A stretch of 64,000 nucleotides of DNA from Gemmatimonadota bacterium (lineage in GTDB: Bacteria; Gemmatimonadota; Gemmatimonadetes; Longimicrobiales; Gaopeijiaceae), in the NCBI GenBank assembly GCA_039589315.1, contig JBDHHQ010000027.1, positions 43,067 to 107,066 on the forward strand, written 5' to 3'. The translations under genes were made by a program, and so were the position numbers. This document shows positions 10,299 through 19,883 of this stretch, piece after piece (the stretch's first letter is position 1; every line of letters starts with the position of its first letter). The notes under the pieces are model-generated. The model was not told where the DNA came from. It searched no databases and saw only the letters and a program-made list of their open reading frames with translations.

Positions 10299-12872
10299 TC
10301 AAATCCACGCAGCCGGAAACACCTCATTGTAGCGCTGGATCGCGTCGGCGGTGCCGCAGATGTAGACGCTGTCGTCCGAGGTGAGCCGGAAGGAAGCGGG
10401 GAAGGACATGATCACGTCGCCGTCCCGCTCGACCGCTACGACCGTGCAGCCCGTGCGCTCCCGGATCCGCTCGGACAGCGGGTGCTTGCCGACCAGGCGG
10501 CCCGCTTCCACCCGGGTCAGCTTGATGCGGGGCTGTAGCGAGACGGTCTCGTCCAAGACGTGGTGGGCGAGGAGCTGGCCCGCGACCTGGCTCACCGACA
10601 CGGCGAAGTCTGCGCCCGCACGTTGGATCTGGGCGACGTTGTCCGGCACCGCGGCGCCGGCAATGATCGGCAGGTCGGGTGAATGCTGGCGCAGGACCGT
10701 CGCCGCCACGACGGTCGCGCCGACCGTCTCCAGTGCCAAGATCGCGACGCGCGCCTCGGCAAGGGGAATCTGAGCGAGCACCTCCGGATCGGACAGGTCG
10801 CCGACTACATCGACGTTCGGCCCCTCTTGTGCGTCCACCACGCACAGGTGCTCGTCCACGGCCGACAGGATCTCCACGAGCTTCTGACCTAGCTCACCCG
10901 TCCCGATCACGACGATCACGCCCTCGTCCCTGATCGGTCGGGCCATCTCGTTGAGACGCTCGATGCTCTCCGGCGTGCCGGCCGCGACGAGGATCGTGCC
11001 CGCTGCGATGGTCTCGCCGGGCCCCGGGGGCAGGTGGAGCTGACCCTCGCGCCACCGCCCGACGACGTTGGCACCGGTGCGCGTGCGCAGCTCGACCTCG
11101 GCGAGGGACCTGTCGGCCAGGGGGCTTCCGTCGTGTACACGCAGCTCCGCCACTTCGAGCTGACGACTGAGTGGCCGGAAGCCCGTGACCCGGGGACTGA
11201 TCCTCGCGCTGGCGCGGGAGCTCAAGACCGCCGCCAGGACGTGGTACGGTGCGAACGTCACGTTCGCGCCCGCCGAGCGCAGTGGGGAGCGGAGGCGGGG
11301 GTCCGTGATCATCGCGACGATCGGCCCCTCGAAGCCGGCCTCACGTGCCCCCAGCGTCACCAGGACGTTGCTGTCGTCGTTGCCGTTGAGGACCAGAGCA
11401 CGGGCGTGGGCAAGCGGAGCCAGGTCGACTTCCTGCTCGGAGAGCCGCGCGTGGACGACGTGATGTCCGCGCTCATATAGGCGACGCGCGACCGCCTCGT
11501 CCTCCTCGATCAGCAGGTACCGCATGCCCCGGCGCTCCAGCTCTTCCAGGAGCGAATCGACCGCCGGCCCGTGGCCATACAGAACGACCGCGTCGCTGAC
11601 CTTCGGCAGCGTGAAGGGACCTCGCGCCTCTTGTAGCCCGCTGGGCAGGCCGTCCTCGCCGAACTTGTTGGGGAGGAGAACTCCCACGCGCGCGCCGGCT
11701 TCCAGAGGCGTCGCTCGACCCTCGAGCAGTATCGCGCAGCCCTTCAGGCCAAGTGGCGTGAACAGGTTGAGGAGGAAGGCCGTGAAGATGAGGACGGAGA
11801 AGACGGCGGGCTCGATCGAGCCCTGGGCGAGCGCCAAAGAAGCGAGGATGAACGCCAGCTCGGCGCGTCCACACATGCCCACGCCCACGGTCAGAGCCTC
11901 GAACCCGGGCAGCCCCATGCGAAGCGCCATGCTCCCCGCGCTCACGATCTGACCCACGATCACGGCCGTGGTCAGGATCAAGAGGAAGGCGACGCCGGAC
12001 CCGCTGATGTCGAACGTGATCGAGAAGCCGAGCGAGATGAAGAAGATGGGCCCCAGGAACGAGTACGCGATTCCGTACGAGCGATCCGCAACCACCCTCA
12101 CGAGATTCGGGTGCGCCACCTTCTCTTCGAAGAACAGGCCGGCCATGTAGGCGCCCAGGATCACGTGCAGCCCGATCGCCTCGGCGAAGAGGCCCGCCGC
12201 CAAGGCGACCAGAAGCACGAAGGTGAATCCCTTTCCACCCTCTGAGCGGAAGGGCAGGGTCAGGCTCGGATACACATAGCGGCCGAGCACGAACGCGAGG
12301 CCGAAGAACATCGTCACCTTGAGCAGGGTGACCACGATGTTGAGCGGCTCGAAGGAGCCGCCCGAGAGCACGCCCACGATCAGCCCGAAGAAGACCAGCG
12401 TCAGCAGGTCGTCGATCACGCAGGACGCCACGACCACTCTGGCCACGCGCGTGTCGGCCAGCCCGAGATCTTTGAGCGTCTTGAGGGTGATCACCACGGC
12501 CGTTGCCGTCATGGTCAGGCCCACGAACGTTGCGCCGACCGGGTCGAGGCCGAACGCGGTGGCGACACCGAAGCTGACGCTGAACGGCACGATCGCACCA
12601 ACCACCGCCACGCCGAGCGAGCGCTTCAGCGCGTCGAAGAACTCTCCGGGCTGCGTCTCCACGCCGGCGTGGAACATCAGGAAGAAGATCCCGATCTCGG
12701 CCAGGAGCGTCACCGCCTCGGAGGGCTCGATCCAACCGAGCACGGCCGGGCCCACCAACACGCCGACGATGAGCTCGCCCATGATCGTGGGTAGCCCGAG
12801 CGGCCGGAGAGTGACCGCGACGATCCAGATGCCGGCCAGGAGGATCAGCAGGTCGACGGCGATTTCGTGCAT
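10299..12872 (-). CDS. CPA2 cation:proton antiporter fused to tandem TrkA/RCK N and C domains
   Basis: ~380-aa TM domain ('GELIVG', 'VIDDL', 'GRAELAF'); then 'LYGHGP', 'VIGTGELG' RCK_N and two RCK_C domains. Confidence 0.87.
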   Translation of the reverse strand: MHEIAVDLLILLAGIWIVAVTLRPLGLPTIMGELIVGVLVGPAVLGWIEPSEAVTLLAEIGIFFLMFHAGVETQPGEFFDALKRSLGVAVVGAIVPFSVSFGVATAFGLDPVGATFVGLTMTATAVVITLKTLKDLGLADTRVARVVVASCVIDDLLTLVFFGLIVGVLSGGSFEPLNIVVTLLKVTMFFGLAFVLGRYVYPSLTLPFRSEGGKGFTFVLLVALAAGLFAEAIGLHVILGAYMAGLFFEEKVAHPNLVRVVADRSYGIAYSFLGPIFFISLGFSITFDISGSGVAFLLILTTAVIVGQIVSAGSMALRMGLPGFEALTVGVGMCGRAELAFILASLALAQGSIEPAVFSVLIFTAFLLNLFTPLGLKGCAILLEGRATPLEAGARVGVLLPNKFGEDGLPSGLQEARGPFTLPKVSDAVVLYGHGPAVDSLLEELERRGMRYLLIEEDEAVARRLYERGHHVVHARLSEQEVDLAPLAHARALVLNGNDDSNVLVTLGAREAGFEGPIVAMITDPRLRSPLRSAGANVTFAPYHVLAAVLSSRASARISPRVTGFRPLSRQLEVAELRVHDGSPLADRSLAEVELRTRTGANVVGRWREGQLHLPPGPGETIAAGTILVAAGTPESIERLNEMARPIRDEGVIVVIGTGELGQKLVEILSAVDEHLCVVDAQEGPNVDVVGDLSDPEVLAQIPLAEARVAILALETVGATVVAATVLRQHSPDLPIIAGAAVPDNVAQIQRAGADFAVSVSQVAGQLLAHHVLDETVSLQPRIKLTRVEAGRLVGKHPLSERIRERTGCTVVAVERDGDVIMSFPASFRLTSDDSVYICGTADAIQRYNEVFPAAWI

Positions 12873-12956
12873 GGGCACAACCTAGCTTGGGCCAGGCCGG
12901 AGATCGATCGGCGGCCGCCGACTTTCGGGCGCCTGCGAGCGTGAGAGGGTCCGGGC

Positions 12957-14990
12957 CTACACGTCCATCGTCTTCGAGTAGTCCGCCCCTACGACGCCCT
13001 TCCTGCACGCGGCGCCCGCCAGGAACTCGGCGGCCATCCTGGCCTGGACACCGAGGGCTTCGTCCAGTGGCACACCGCCGGCTGCGTGCACGCAGTCCAT
13101 GATGGCCGCACGGGCGACCTCCATGGCCGGGCTGTCCGCTTCGGGCAGGTCGGCGACGTCACTGGGGATATCCGAGAGCGGGCCTTCCTCGAGGGGGCGG
13201 CGCGCGAGCCTCTGCCCTCCGTTCGAGGCAACGCTCCACGCCATCTGGATCGCCTCCTGCAGGGGCGCTGCGTCATCGATGAGCCAACCCACCGCCTGGG
13301 TGGCCCTGACCGGCGAGCCGGTGAGGAGCAGTCTCAGCACCTTCGGCCAATCGTCCTGCGCGGCCTTGCGGAGCGCCCAATGGCACCCCTCCATCCCGGG
13401 AACCACGGGCAGCGTGACCTCGGGGAAGCCGAAGCGGGTGTCGTCTGCCGCCACGACGTAATGGCAGTGGAGGAGCAGCTCCAGCATGCCCCCGAGGCAG
13501 CGTTTCCCGTTCACCAACGCCACCGACACCCGGAAGTCGTCGTTCAAGCGGCGGGCGGTGCGTGACCACCCGTTCGTGATGGCCAGACCGGCCTCGACGT
13601 CCTCCAGCGCCTCGATGCCCTCGGCTTTCAGCCAGTCCAAGGCGCGGTTGAGCTCGGCGTCCACGTCCCAGTTGTAGCTCTCACGGCCGAGCGTCAAGAC
13701 GCTCACATCACCGTCGTGCTCCGCGTTGACGTAAAGCTGCATCCAATCCACGCTGTCCATGGTCCCCATGGCATCAGGGGTCCAGGCGGCCTCCGCCGCG
13801 GCCGGATGGAGCGCGTGGTAGGCCTCGACGGTGGCTACGACCCCGTCCGGACCCCTCTCGCGCATCATGGCCAGGATGCCTCGCCGGAACTGCGCGCACA
13901 GCTCGCCGATCGCGTTCATGTGCGCCAGGTGCCCACGTTCCTGGTCGAGCATGAGGCTCGTCATCTGGAAGAGGGGGCCGAGGATCCACGCCTCGAACTC
14001 TTCCCACTCGTCCTCACTGAGCCTCCAATCGACCAGCGGACGGAAGTGGTTCGGCGGATACCAGTCCTGTCCAGTGTCCTTCCGCTCTACCAGGTCCGGC
14101 GTCGGCGTGAACAGCTCGCCGTGCATTCCGGCGAGGTGGTGTAGGCAGGACCAGGTCAGGAAGTCGGCTCCCTTGGCGCCGATGGCGTCGTGGGCCCGGA
14201 AGGGGTTCGGTCCCACCAGCTTCCGTATGAGCTTGTCGATCTTCCAGTAGGGCATGTTGCTGGCTCGGTGATACCGGAGGCCTGCCAGCGTCACGCCGCA
14301 GAACAGCACGTCGAGGATGAACGACCAGTTGTCGCTGACGGGGAGGGGAATGAGCCCCAGCGACCACAGGAGCTTGGTGATGTCGGACGGCTCCTCCTCC
14401 ACGATCTCCCAGATCTTGTTGATCTCGTGGGGGAACGCGGGGTGCGCGATCCCGACGCCCAACTCCGAGCTGGGGAAGCCCGACGTCACCGACCGGATCT
14501 CGATGTCGGGGAAGCGCGCCCGGAAGATCTCGTAGTGGGCCTTCTTGACTTCCAGGATCTCCGGAATCGCCTCCAGAAGGAAGCGCGGACGGAGGGCATC
14601 CAGCTCCGACGGAAGCGTCCGGCCGTCATACGTCAAGCGCACGATGTTGGCCATGATCCGGTCCGCGCCGTCCTTGCCGAAGGCGCGAACGAGTCCGGAA
14701 TACTGGCGGCCGATGCCGTCCGGCGCTCCGGGGAAGTCCAGCGCCACGATGGGGACGCCGTACTCCGCCAGCCGGGACCCGAGCTGCATGGTCTTGCCCG
14801 CGCCTACGATGCCGTTGGCCCCGGAGATGACCAGGCAGCCCCTGGAGCCCTCGGGCCCGAAGACGCGATCTACGAGGGTGCCGGCATCGACCGGAAACGC
14901 CCCGTTCTTGAAGATGTCCAGGACGCTGCCCAGGCCCATCGTGTCGAGGGTGGGGCGCCTCAGGGACTTCACTGCCGTCGCGATTGCCAT
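12957..14990 (-). CDS. 3-hydroxyacyl-CoA dehydrogenase-like / enoyl-CoA hydratase fusion (possible internal deletion near 13610)
   Basis: Rossmann 'ISGANGIVG', 'LEAIPEILEVKK', 'HPAFPH'; C-terminal crotonase 'NG..LGGMLEL..FGFPEV'. Confidence 0.75.
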   Translation of the reverse strand: MAIATAVKSLRRPTLDTMGLGSVLDIFKNGAFPVDAGTLVDRVFGPEGSRGCLVISGANGIVGAGKTMQLGSRLAEYGVPIVALDFPGAPDGIGRQYSGLVRAFGKDGADRIMANIVRLTYDGRTLPSELDALRPRFLLEAIPEILEVKKAHYEIFRARFPDIEIRSVTSGFPSSELGVGIAHPAFPHEINKIWEIVEEEPSDITKLLWSLGLIPLPVSDNWSFILDVLFCGVTLAGLRYHRASNMPYWKIDKLIRKLVGPNPFRAHDAIGAKGADFLTWSCLHHLAGMHGELFTPTPDLVERKDTGQDWYPPNHFRPLVDWRLSEDEWEEFEAWILGPLFQMTSLMLDQERGHLAHMNAIGELCAQFRRGILAMMRERGPDGVVATVEAYHALHPAAAEAAWTPDAMGTMDSVDWMQLYVNAEHDGDVSVLTLGRESYNWDVDAELNRALDWLKAEGIEALEDVEAGLAITNGWSRTARRLNDDFRVSVALVNGKRCLGGMLELLLHCHYVVAADDTRFGFPEVTLPVVPGMEGCHWALRKAAQDDWPKVLRLLLTGSPVRATQAVGWLIDDAAPLQEAIQMAWSVASNGGQRLARRPLEEGPLSDIPSDVADLPEADSPAMEVARAAIMDCVHAAGGVPLDEALGVQARMAAEFLAGAACRKGVVGADYSKTMDV

Positions 14991-15004
14991 GTATCAGAGA
15001 CTCT

Positions 15005-16204
15005 CTACGTGACCTGGAACAGGGCTGCGATACCGATGTCACCGGCGGCACACCCGAAGATGAGCACATAGCCGCCGCCCAGATCGACGGCTTCTTCCAG
15101 GGCCTCGATGAGGCTCCGGGTGAGGGTCGGGCCCTGCGGGTGACCCCACACCAGCGAGCAGCCGGTGTTGTTCATCTTCCGCCAGTCATATCCGGTCTGC
15201 TTGGCGAACACGACGTCGTTCACGGCGAAGGGATTGTGGTTCTTCACCACCGCGACGTCGTCCAAAGACATGCCCAGACGGCTCATCAGCTTTTTCACGG
15301 CGAGGCCGGGCGCCTCGGGCATGAAGCTCGGCTCCGCGCGTGTCTCGGCTTTGCCCACGAAGCGGATGTCGATCTCGGGCCGGGGGCTGAGCTCCCTCGC
15401 CTTCTCGGCGGTGGTCACCAGCAGCGTCGCCATGCCGTCCGAGGCATGGGTCTGGGTACCGCTGGTGACGCAGGTGTCGAGCTCGCGTTGGGCGGCGAGG
15501 GACGCTCGGCTGATCTGCCGCACGCCCTTGTCTTCGTCGATGCGGCCCAGAGGCCGGCCCTGCACGTTGAGGATGTCCAGCGGGACCACCACTCGGTCCA
15601 GGAATCCCGAGTCCTTGGCCTCGAAGTACTGCTGGTACCGGAGGTAAGCCACGTCGTCGGTCTCCGTGCGATCGGCCCCGAACTTCCGGGCGGTCATGCC
15701 AGCCGCGGTGATCATCGCCCTACCGGTGGCCGGGTCGAAGCCGAAGTTGTCCCACACGTCGGCGATGGCCTGGGTGCGCTCGTGGGCACGGCGCTCCGGA
15801 AAGACGCCCACCGGCGAGTCGCTGGTCCGATCGAAAGTGAGCACCCCCACCACGTCGTTGGCGCCGGAGTGGACCTCCGCACCGGCCACCAGCGTGGCCT
15901 GGAGTCCCGTAGCGCACGCCTGCTCGACGTGGAATCCCGGGATCCGGTGCCCCATGCAGCTCGCCACGAGCGGCGCCGTCCAGAACTTCCAGTGCCACGG
16001 GATCGTGGAGCCCAGGACGAGGTACTCCAACTCGCTCAGGGGGACCGACCGAAGGCCCATGATTCGGGCCATGGACTCACCGGCGAACTGACCGATGTTC
16101 ACTTCGGCCAGCACCGAAGTCTGCCAGGCTGGGAAGTAGCTGGTTCCCCACGTCCCGTACGGGATGCGGGCATCGGGGAAGAGGCTACGGTCGCGCGTGT
16201 TCAT
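15005..16204 (-). CDS. Thiolase (acetyl-CoA C-acyltransferase), HNPF-type
   Basis: 'QACATG', 'SDG', 'HNPF', 'GHPQG', 'CAAGD' motifs; GGAG-less start chosen at MNTRDR. Confidence 0.88.
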   Translation of the reverse strand: MNTRDRSLFPDARIPYGTWGTSYFPAWQTSVLAEVNIGQFAGESMARIMGLRSVPLSELEYLVLGSTIPWHWKFWTAPLVASCMGHRIPGFHVEQACATGLQATLVAGAEVHSGANDVVGVLTFDRTSDSPVGVFPERRAHERTQAIADVWDNFGFDPATGRAMITAAGMTARKFGADRTETDDVAYLRYQQYFEAKDSGFLDRVVVPLDILNVQGRPLGRIDEDKGVRQISRASLAAQRELDTCVTSGTQTHASDGMATLLVTTAEKARELSPRPEIDIRFVGKAETRAEPSFMPEAPGLAVKKLMSRLGMSLDDVAVVKNHNPFAVNDVVFAKQTGYDWRKMNNTGCSLVWGHPQGPTLTRSLIEALEEAVDLGGGYVLIFGCAAGDIGIAALFQVT

Positions 16205-16490
16205 ACGTGGAGAGGCTCTCTCGCTCGTGGAACCCGGGGGCGGGAAACGCGCCGCGACGGGAGGATGAATGAAAGCTATCTCAGGCGTAGCGGCCAGCAA
16301 GACCCGTGGGCGTCCACCGAGTACGCGCAGGGGCGGCTGGAGCCCGGCGTCTGGGAGCTCGTCCATGCGGCCCCCTGTCTTCGAACCTTGAGGCAGCCCT
16401 GCTGGCTCAGACGTCGGGTCCGATTACTGGTCGCGCACACAGAATCGTGAGAGGTTGGGCCGATTCGAGCATCGCGGCAGAATGAAGAAC

Positions 16491-16576
16491 CGCAGAACCG
16501 CGACCAGACGCAGAAGACCTGAGGGAACTTGAAAGCCGGCGTCCGAAAGGTCACGTGGGTTCGAATCCCACCCCCT
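16491..16576 (+). repeat. att-like site C: arm + best-preserved 3' half of tRNA-Ser(TGA) (16528-16576)
   Basis: ACCAGACGCAGAAGACCTGAGGGAA-CTTGAAA-GCCGGC-GTCCGAAAGGTC-AC-GTGGG TTCGAAT CCCAC-CCCCT; full T-arm, no D-arm or 5' acceptor strand. Confidence 0.78.
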
Positions 16577-16962
16577 AGGCATGCCATTCAAGACAACGAT
16601 TCCCGGGGGATGGCCGGGTGATCGTGGACATGGTCCTCGGTACCCTTGCCAACGGATCTCCCGCCGCTCAGCCATATCCTAGCTTTGGTACGTCATCACC
16701 TCGCAGCTCCTCCGCTCCGGGGGTCGTCAACCGTGGGGGGGTAGGGCCGACATCGTAGCAATGCGGACCTCGTGATCCCGTTGGGTCCTTCGGACGAGGA
16801 ATGATCCGTGGATCTTCGGACCCGGCGTCGGGTAGTGTCTCTTCCAGGTTGACAATGCCTCAAGAGAACCTGGACCGTCCCCCACCGACTACGTCGTGTC
16901 CTTCCGAGCGACGTTCCGGTGCCCGCCGGGGTCGGACACATCCACTGAAACGCCCGGATCAC

Positions 16963-17319
16963 GTGAGCCCGATCTCCACAGGCAAGCCCCGACCCGACGA
17001 GACGACCTGGGACGTGGACGAGGTGTCCGTCCTGGCCCGGGCGTTGACCGATCCCACCCGGTTGCGAGTCCTGGGTATGCTGGCGGGAGGCGAGCGATGC
17101 GTGCGTCAGCTCACCGAGGCGCTGTCCGTCGCGCAATCCCGTCTCTCGTATCACCTGCAGATCCTGAAGGACCTCGGAGTCATCGCGGACCAGCCGGAAG
17201 GGCGCTGCGTCTACTACGCCCTGGTCCCGGAAGCTCTTTCCCCGCTCAGCGACATGATCGGACGCGTCGCGCACCGATGGGACAACGTCGGGCAGAATCG
17301 GCCGCCTGGAAGGTGCTGA
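16963..17319 (+). CDS. ArsR/SmtB family transcriptional regulator
   Basis: 'ALTDPTRLRVL..ERCVRQL..QSRLSYHLQILKDLG..EGRCVYY'; start (GTG 16963) inferred. Confidence 0.87.
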   Translation: MSPISTGKPRPDETTWDVDEVSVLARALTDPTRLRVLGMLAGGERCVRQLTEALSVAQSRLSYHLQILKDLGVIADQPEGRCVYYALVPEALSPLSDMIGRVAHRWDNVGQNRPPGRC

Positions 17320-17584
17320 GTCCGCGCATGGGGCTACACCCTTCACCTATCTCACGCCCCGTACCCGACCCGCTCCACTGAGCCACCCACTCGGCTGATC
17401 CGCCGAACCGATCCCGGCAATGTCTCGCGTCAGCCTGCCAGGGCCACACCCCGAGATGGGGGACACCGTGCCATTGTCGGTGGGCCCGACGCCCGATCCC
17501 CCGATCCCTTGTTCCTTAGGGTCGATCCCTACACGCCAACGCGGAGACTCCCCGACAGACGTCCCGCGGCACTCCCGACGGCCG

Positions 17585-17606
17585 CCTATCAAGACAACTT
17601 GATAGG
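17585..17606. promoter_or_regulatory. ArsR-type operator palindrome
   Basis: Perfect CCTATCAAG-ACAA-CTTGATAGG containing ATCAA-N6-TTGAT, about 55 nt upstream of the operon. Confidence 0.75.
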
Positions 17607-17660
17607 TTAGGCATAACCGTTTCCTGACATTCACCCGCTCGGAGTCAGGGGGACGAGGAC

Positions 17661-18614
17661 ATGGCCACAAGGGATGGCCCCGCACCTGCACCCGTGGTGC
17701 CTCAGCAGGCCAATAACCCGCAGGAAGAGGCTCTTCGATCTGATCGGAGGGCCTTTCTCACGAAGGCGCTCGCCGCCGCCGGCGGATCGGTGGCGCTCAC
17801 GGCGGGGCTCACGTCCGCGACCGGCGCCATTCCTCGCTCGCAGGCTGCCACCGTGCTGGAGCGCGTAGGCGCCCGTCCGGACGGCAACATTCTGGAACGC
17901 ATGCTGGACGACCTGGACCGGGCCCTGGCGAAGCCCATCCACGAGCGCCAGTGGGTCATGGTCATCGACCTCCAGAAGTGCATCGGGTGCAAAGCGTGCA
18001 CGGTTTCTTGCGTCGCCGAGAACAACCTGCCGCCAGGCGTGGTTTACCGACCGGTCCTGGAGGAAGAGATCGGGGAGTTCCCCAACGTGCGGATGCGCTT
18101 CACTCCACGGCCCTGCATGCAGTGCGAAACCCCGCCCTGCGTCCCGGTTTGCCCCGTGTCGGCAACGTACATCCGTCCAGACGGCATCGTGGCCATCGAC
18201 TACGACGCCTGCATCGGCTGCCGGTATTGTGTGGCCGCCTGCCCCTACAACGCCCGCACCGCCGACTTCGGGGAGTTCTACGGCGACGGCCTCGCCGAGG
18301 AGGTTCCGGCACTGGCCGGCGCCATCGCGATGGCGTATGAAACGCGGCCCAACTTCGAGTACGGTCGCGAGTGGGCGCGCGAGCCGGGCCGTCACCGTTC
18401 TCCGATGGGCAACGCCCGAAAGTGCCAGTTCTGTGCCCACCGACTGGACAACGGGCTGCTCCCGGCGTGCGTCACCACTTGCCTCGGGGGCGCCACCTAC
18501 TTCGGTGATTATTCCGACAGCAGGAGCCTGGTGCATGAGCTCGTGGGCTCCTCCCGGATGATCCGCCTCCGGGAAGAGCTCGGCACCGAGCCCCGTGTCT
18601 TCTACCTCGTGTAG
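17661..18614 (+). CDS. 4Fe-4S electron-transfer subunit (TtrB/NrfC/DmsB-like), Tat signal
   Basis: 'DRRAFL'; [41 protein letters not shown]. Confidence 0.92.
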   Translation: MATRDGPAPAPVVPQQANNPQEEALRSDRRAFLTKALAAAGGSVALTAGLTSATGAIPRSQAATVLERVGARPDGNILERMLDDLDRALAKPIHERQWVMVIDLQKCIGCKACTVSCVAENNLPPGVVYRPVLEEEIGEFPNVRMRFTPRPCMQCETPPCVPVCPVSATYIRPDGIVAIDYDACIGCRYCVAACPYNARTADFGEFYGDGLAEEVPALAGAIAMAYETRPNFEYGREWAREPGRHRSPMGNARKCQFCAHRLDNGLLPACVTTCLGGATYFGDYSDSRSLVHELVGSSRMIRLREELGTEPRVFYLV

Positions 18615-18625
18615 CGGAGGAAACC

Positions 18626-19870
18626 GTGAACGCCAAGCGAGTTCATCCCGTGGTCATCGGGGCGATCGTCCTACTGTTCATGTGGGGGCTCTGGGGCGTG
18701 GTACTCCGATTCACCCAGGGCCACGATTTGGCGAACTACGGCAGCTACGTCCCCTGGGGGCTGTGGGTCTCCGGATACATCTACTTCGTGGGCTTGTCGG
18801 CGGGGGCCTTCCTCCTGTCGTCCCTGGTCTACCTGTTCAGGATCGAGAAGCTCAGGCCCATCGCACGGACGGCGCTGCTGGTATCGCTGATTACGCTGGT
18901 CGTTTCGCTCGTGTGCATCTGGTTCGACCTGGGCCAGATGTGGCGCTCGTGGGAGATCCTCATCCGGCCGAACTTCACGTCTCTGATGGCGTGGATGGTC
19001 TGGCTGTACATCGGGTACGCTCTCGTGCTCCTCGTGGAGCTCTGGCTGGAGTTGCGTACCGACCTCGCGATGCTCGCCAGGGAAGGCGGCAAGCGCGCAC
19101 GGCTCTACAGGGTCCTCAGTCTCGGACGGCAGGTACCCGACGACCCGCAGGCCGTGGAACGGGACCGGGAAGTCAGCGAGCGCTGGCTCCGTATCCTGTC
19201 CGGGTTCGGCATCCCCGTGGCGCTGATGTTCCACGGCGGCGTCGGCGCGCTCTTCGCAGGTCTGATGGCCCGCCCGTACTGGCACACATCCCTCTACCCG
19301 ATCTTCTTCCTCACGGGGGCCCTCGTCTCCGGTGGCGCGTTGCTGTTGGCGGTGGTGGCGTTTACCGGGCTCGGTGACGGCGAACGGGGGAAGGCGATGA
19401 TGTCCCTGCTGGCCAAGGCCACGCTGGGTCTCCTGCTCTTCGACCTTCTCCTGGAGTGGGCGGAGATCTCCATTCCGGCCTGGTACCGGGTGGGCGAAGG
19501 ATACGAAATCCTCAAGGTCGTGCTCTTCGGAGATTACTGGTACGTGTTCTGGATCTTCCATCTGCTGCTGGGGGCGCTCATCCCCATCGCCCTCCTGACC
19601 GCAAAGCCGGCGTCCAGATGGATGGCCGGGACCGCCGGCGCATTGATCGCCGCCACGTTCATGGCGGTCCGGCTGAACGTGGTGATTCCCGGGCAGATCA
19701 TGCCTTCGCTCCAGGGCATCGAGGCGGCGTACGTGGATCCACGCCTCCTCTTCTCCTACGCGCCCTCGATGTTCGAGTGGTCCGTGATCGCGTTCGTCAT
19801 CGCCCTCGCAGCAACGCTCTTCCTGGTGGCGCGCAGGGTGCTTCCGCTCGTCGAACAGCCAACGCGCTGA
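18626..19870 (+). CDS. NrfD/PsrC-family membrane anchor
   Basis: 'VPWGLWVSGYIYFVGLSAG', 'DLGQ..R', 'TSLMAW'; many TM helices. Confidence 0.92.
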   Translation: MNAKRVHPVVIGAIVLLFMWGLWGVVLRFTQGHDLANYGSYVPWGLWVSGYIYFVGLSAGAFLLSSLVYLFRIEKLRPIARTALLVSLITLVVSLVCIWFDLGQMWRSWEILIRPNFTSLMAWMVWLYIGYALVLLVELWLELRTDLAMLAREGGKRARLYRVLSLGRQVPDDPQAVERDREVSERWLRILSGFGIPVALMFHGGVGALFAGLMARPYWHTSLYPIFFLTGALVSGGALLLAVVAFTGLGDGERGKAMMSLLAKATLGLLLFDLLLEWAEISIPAWYRVGEGYEILKVVLFGDYWYVFWIFHLLLGALIPIALLTAKPASRWMAGTAGALIAATFMAVRLNVVIPGQIMPSLQGIEAAYVDPRLLFSYAPSMFEWSVIAFVIALAATLFLVARRVLPLVEQPTR

Positions 19871-19883
19871 ACCGGAGCCGACC

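Noticed and set aside
16491..16590. Functional tRNA-Ser or tRNA-Sec gene
   Set aside because: No D-arm, no 5' anticodon stem and no pairing acceptor stem; only the 3' half is present.
17320..17580. C-rich leader with repeated CCGATCCC as a riboswitch or ncRNA
   Set aside because: No recognisable Moco/tungsten aptamer or consistent fold by eye; would need an Rfam scan.
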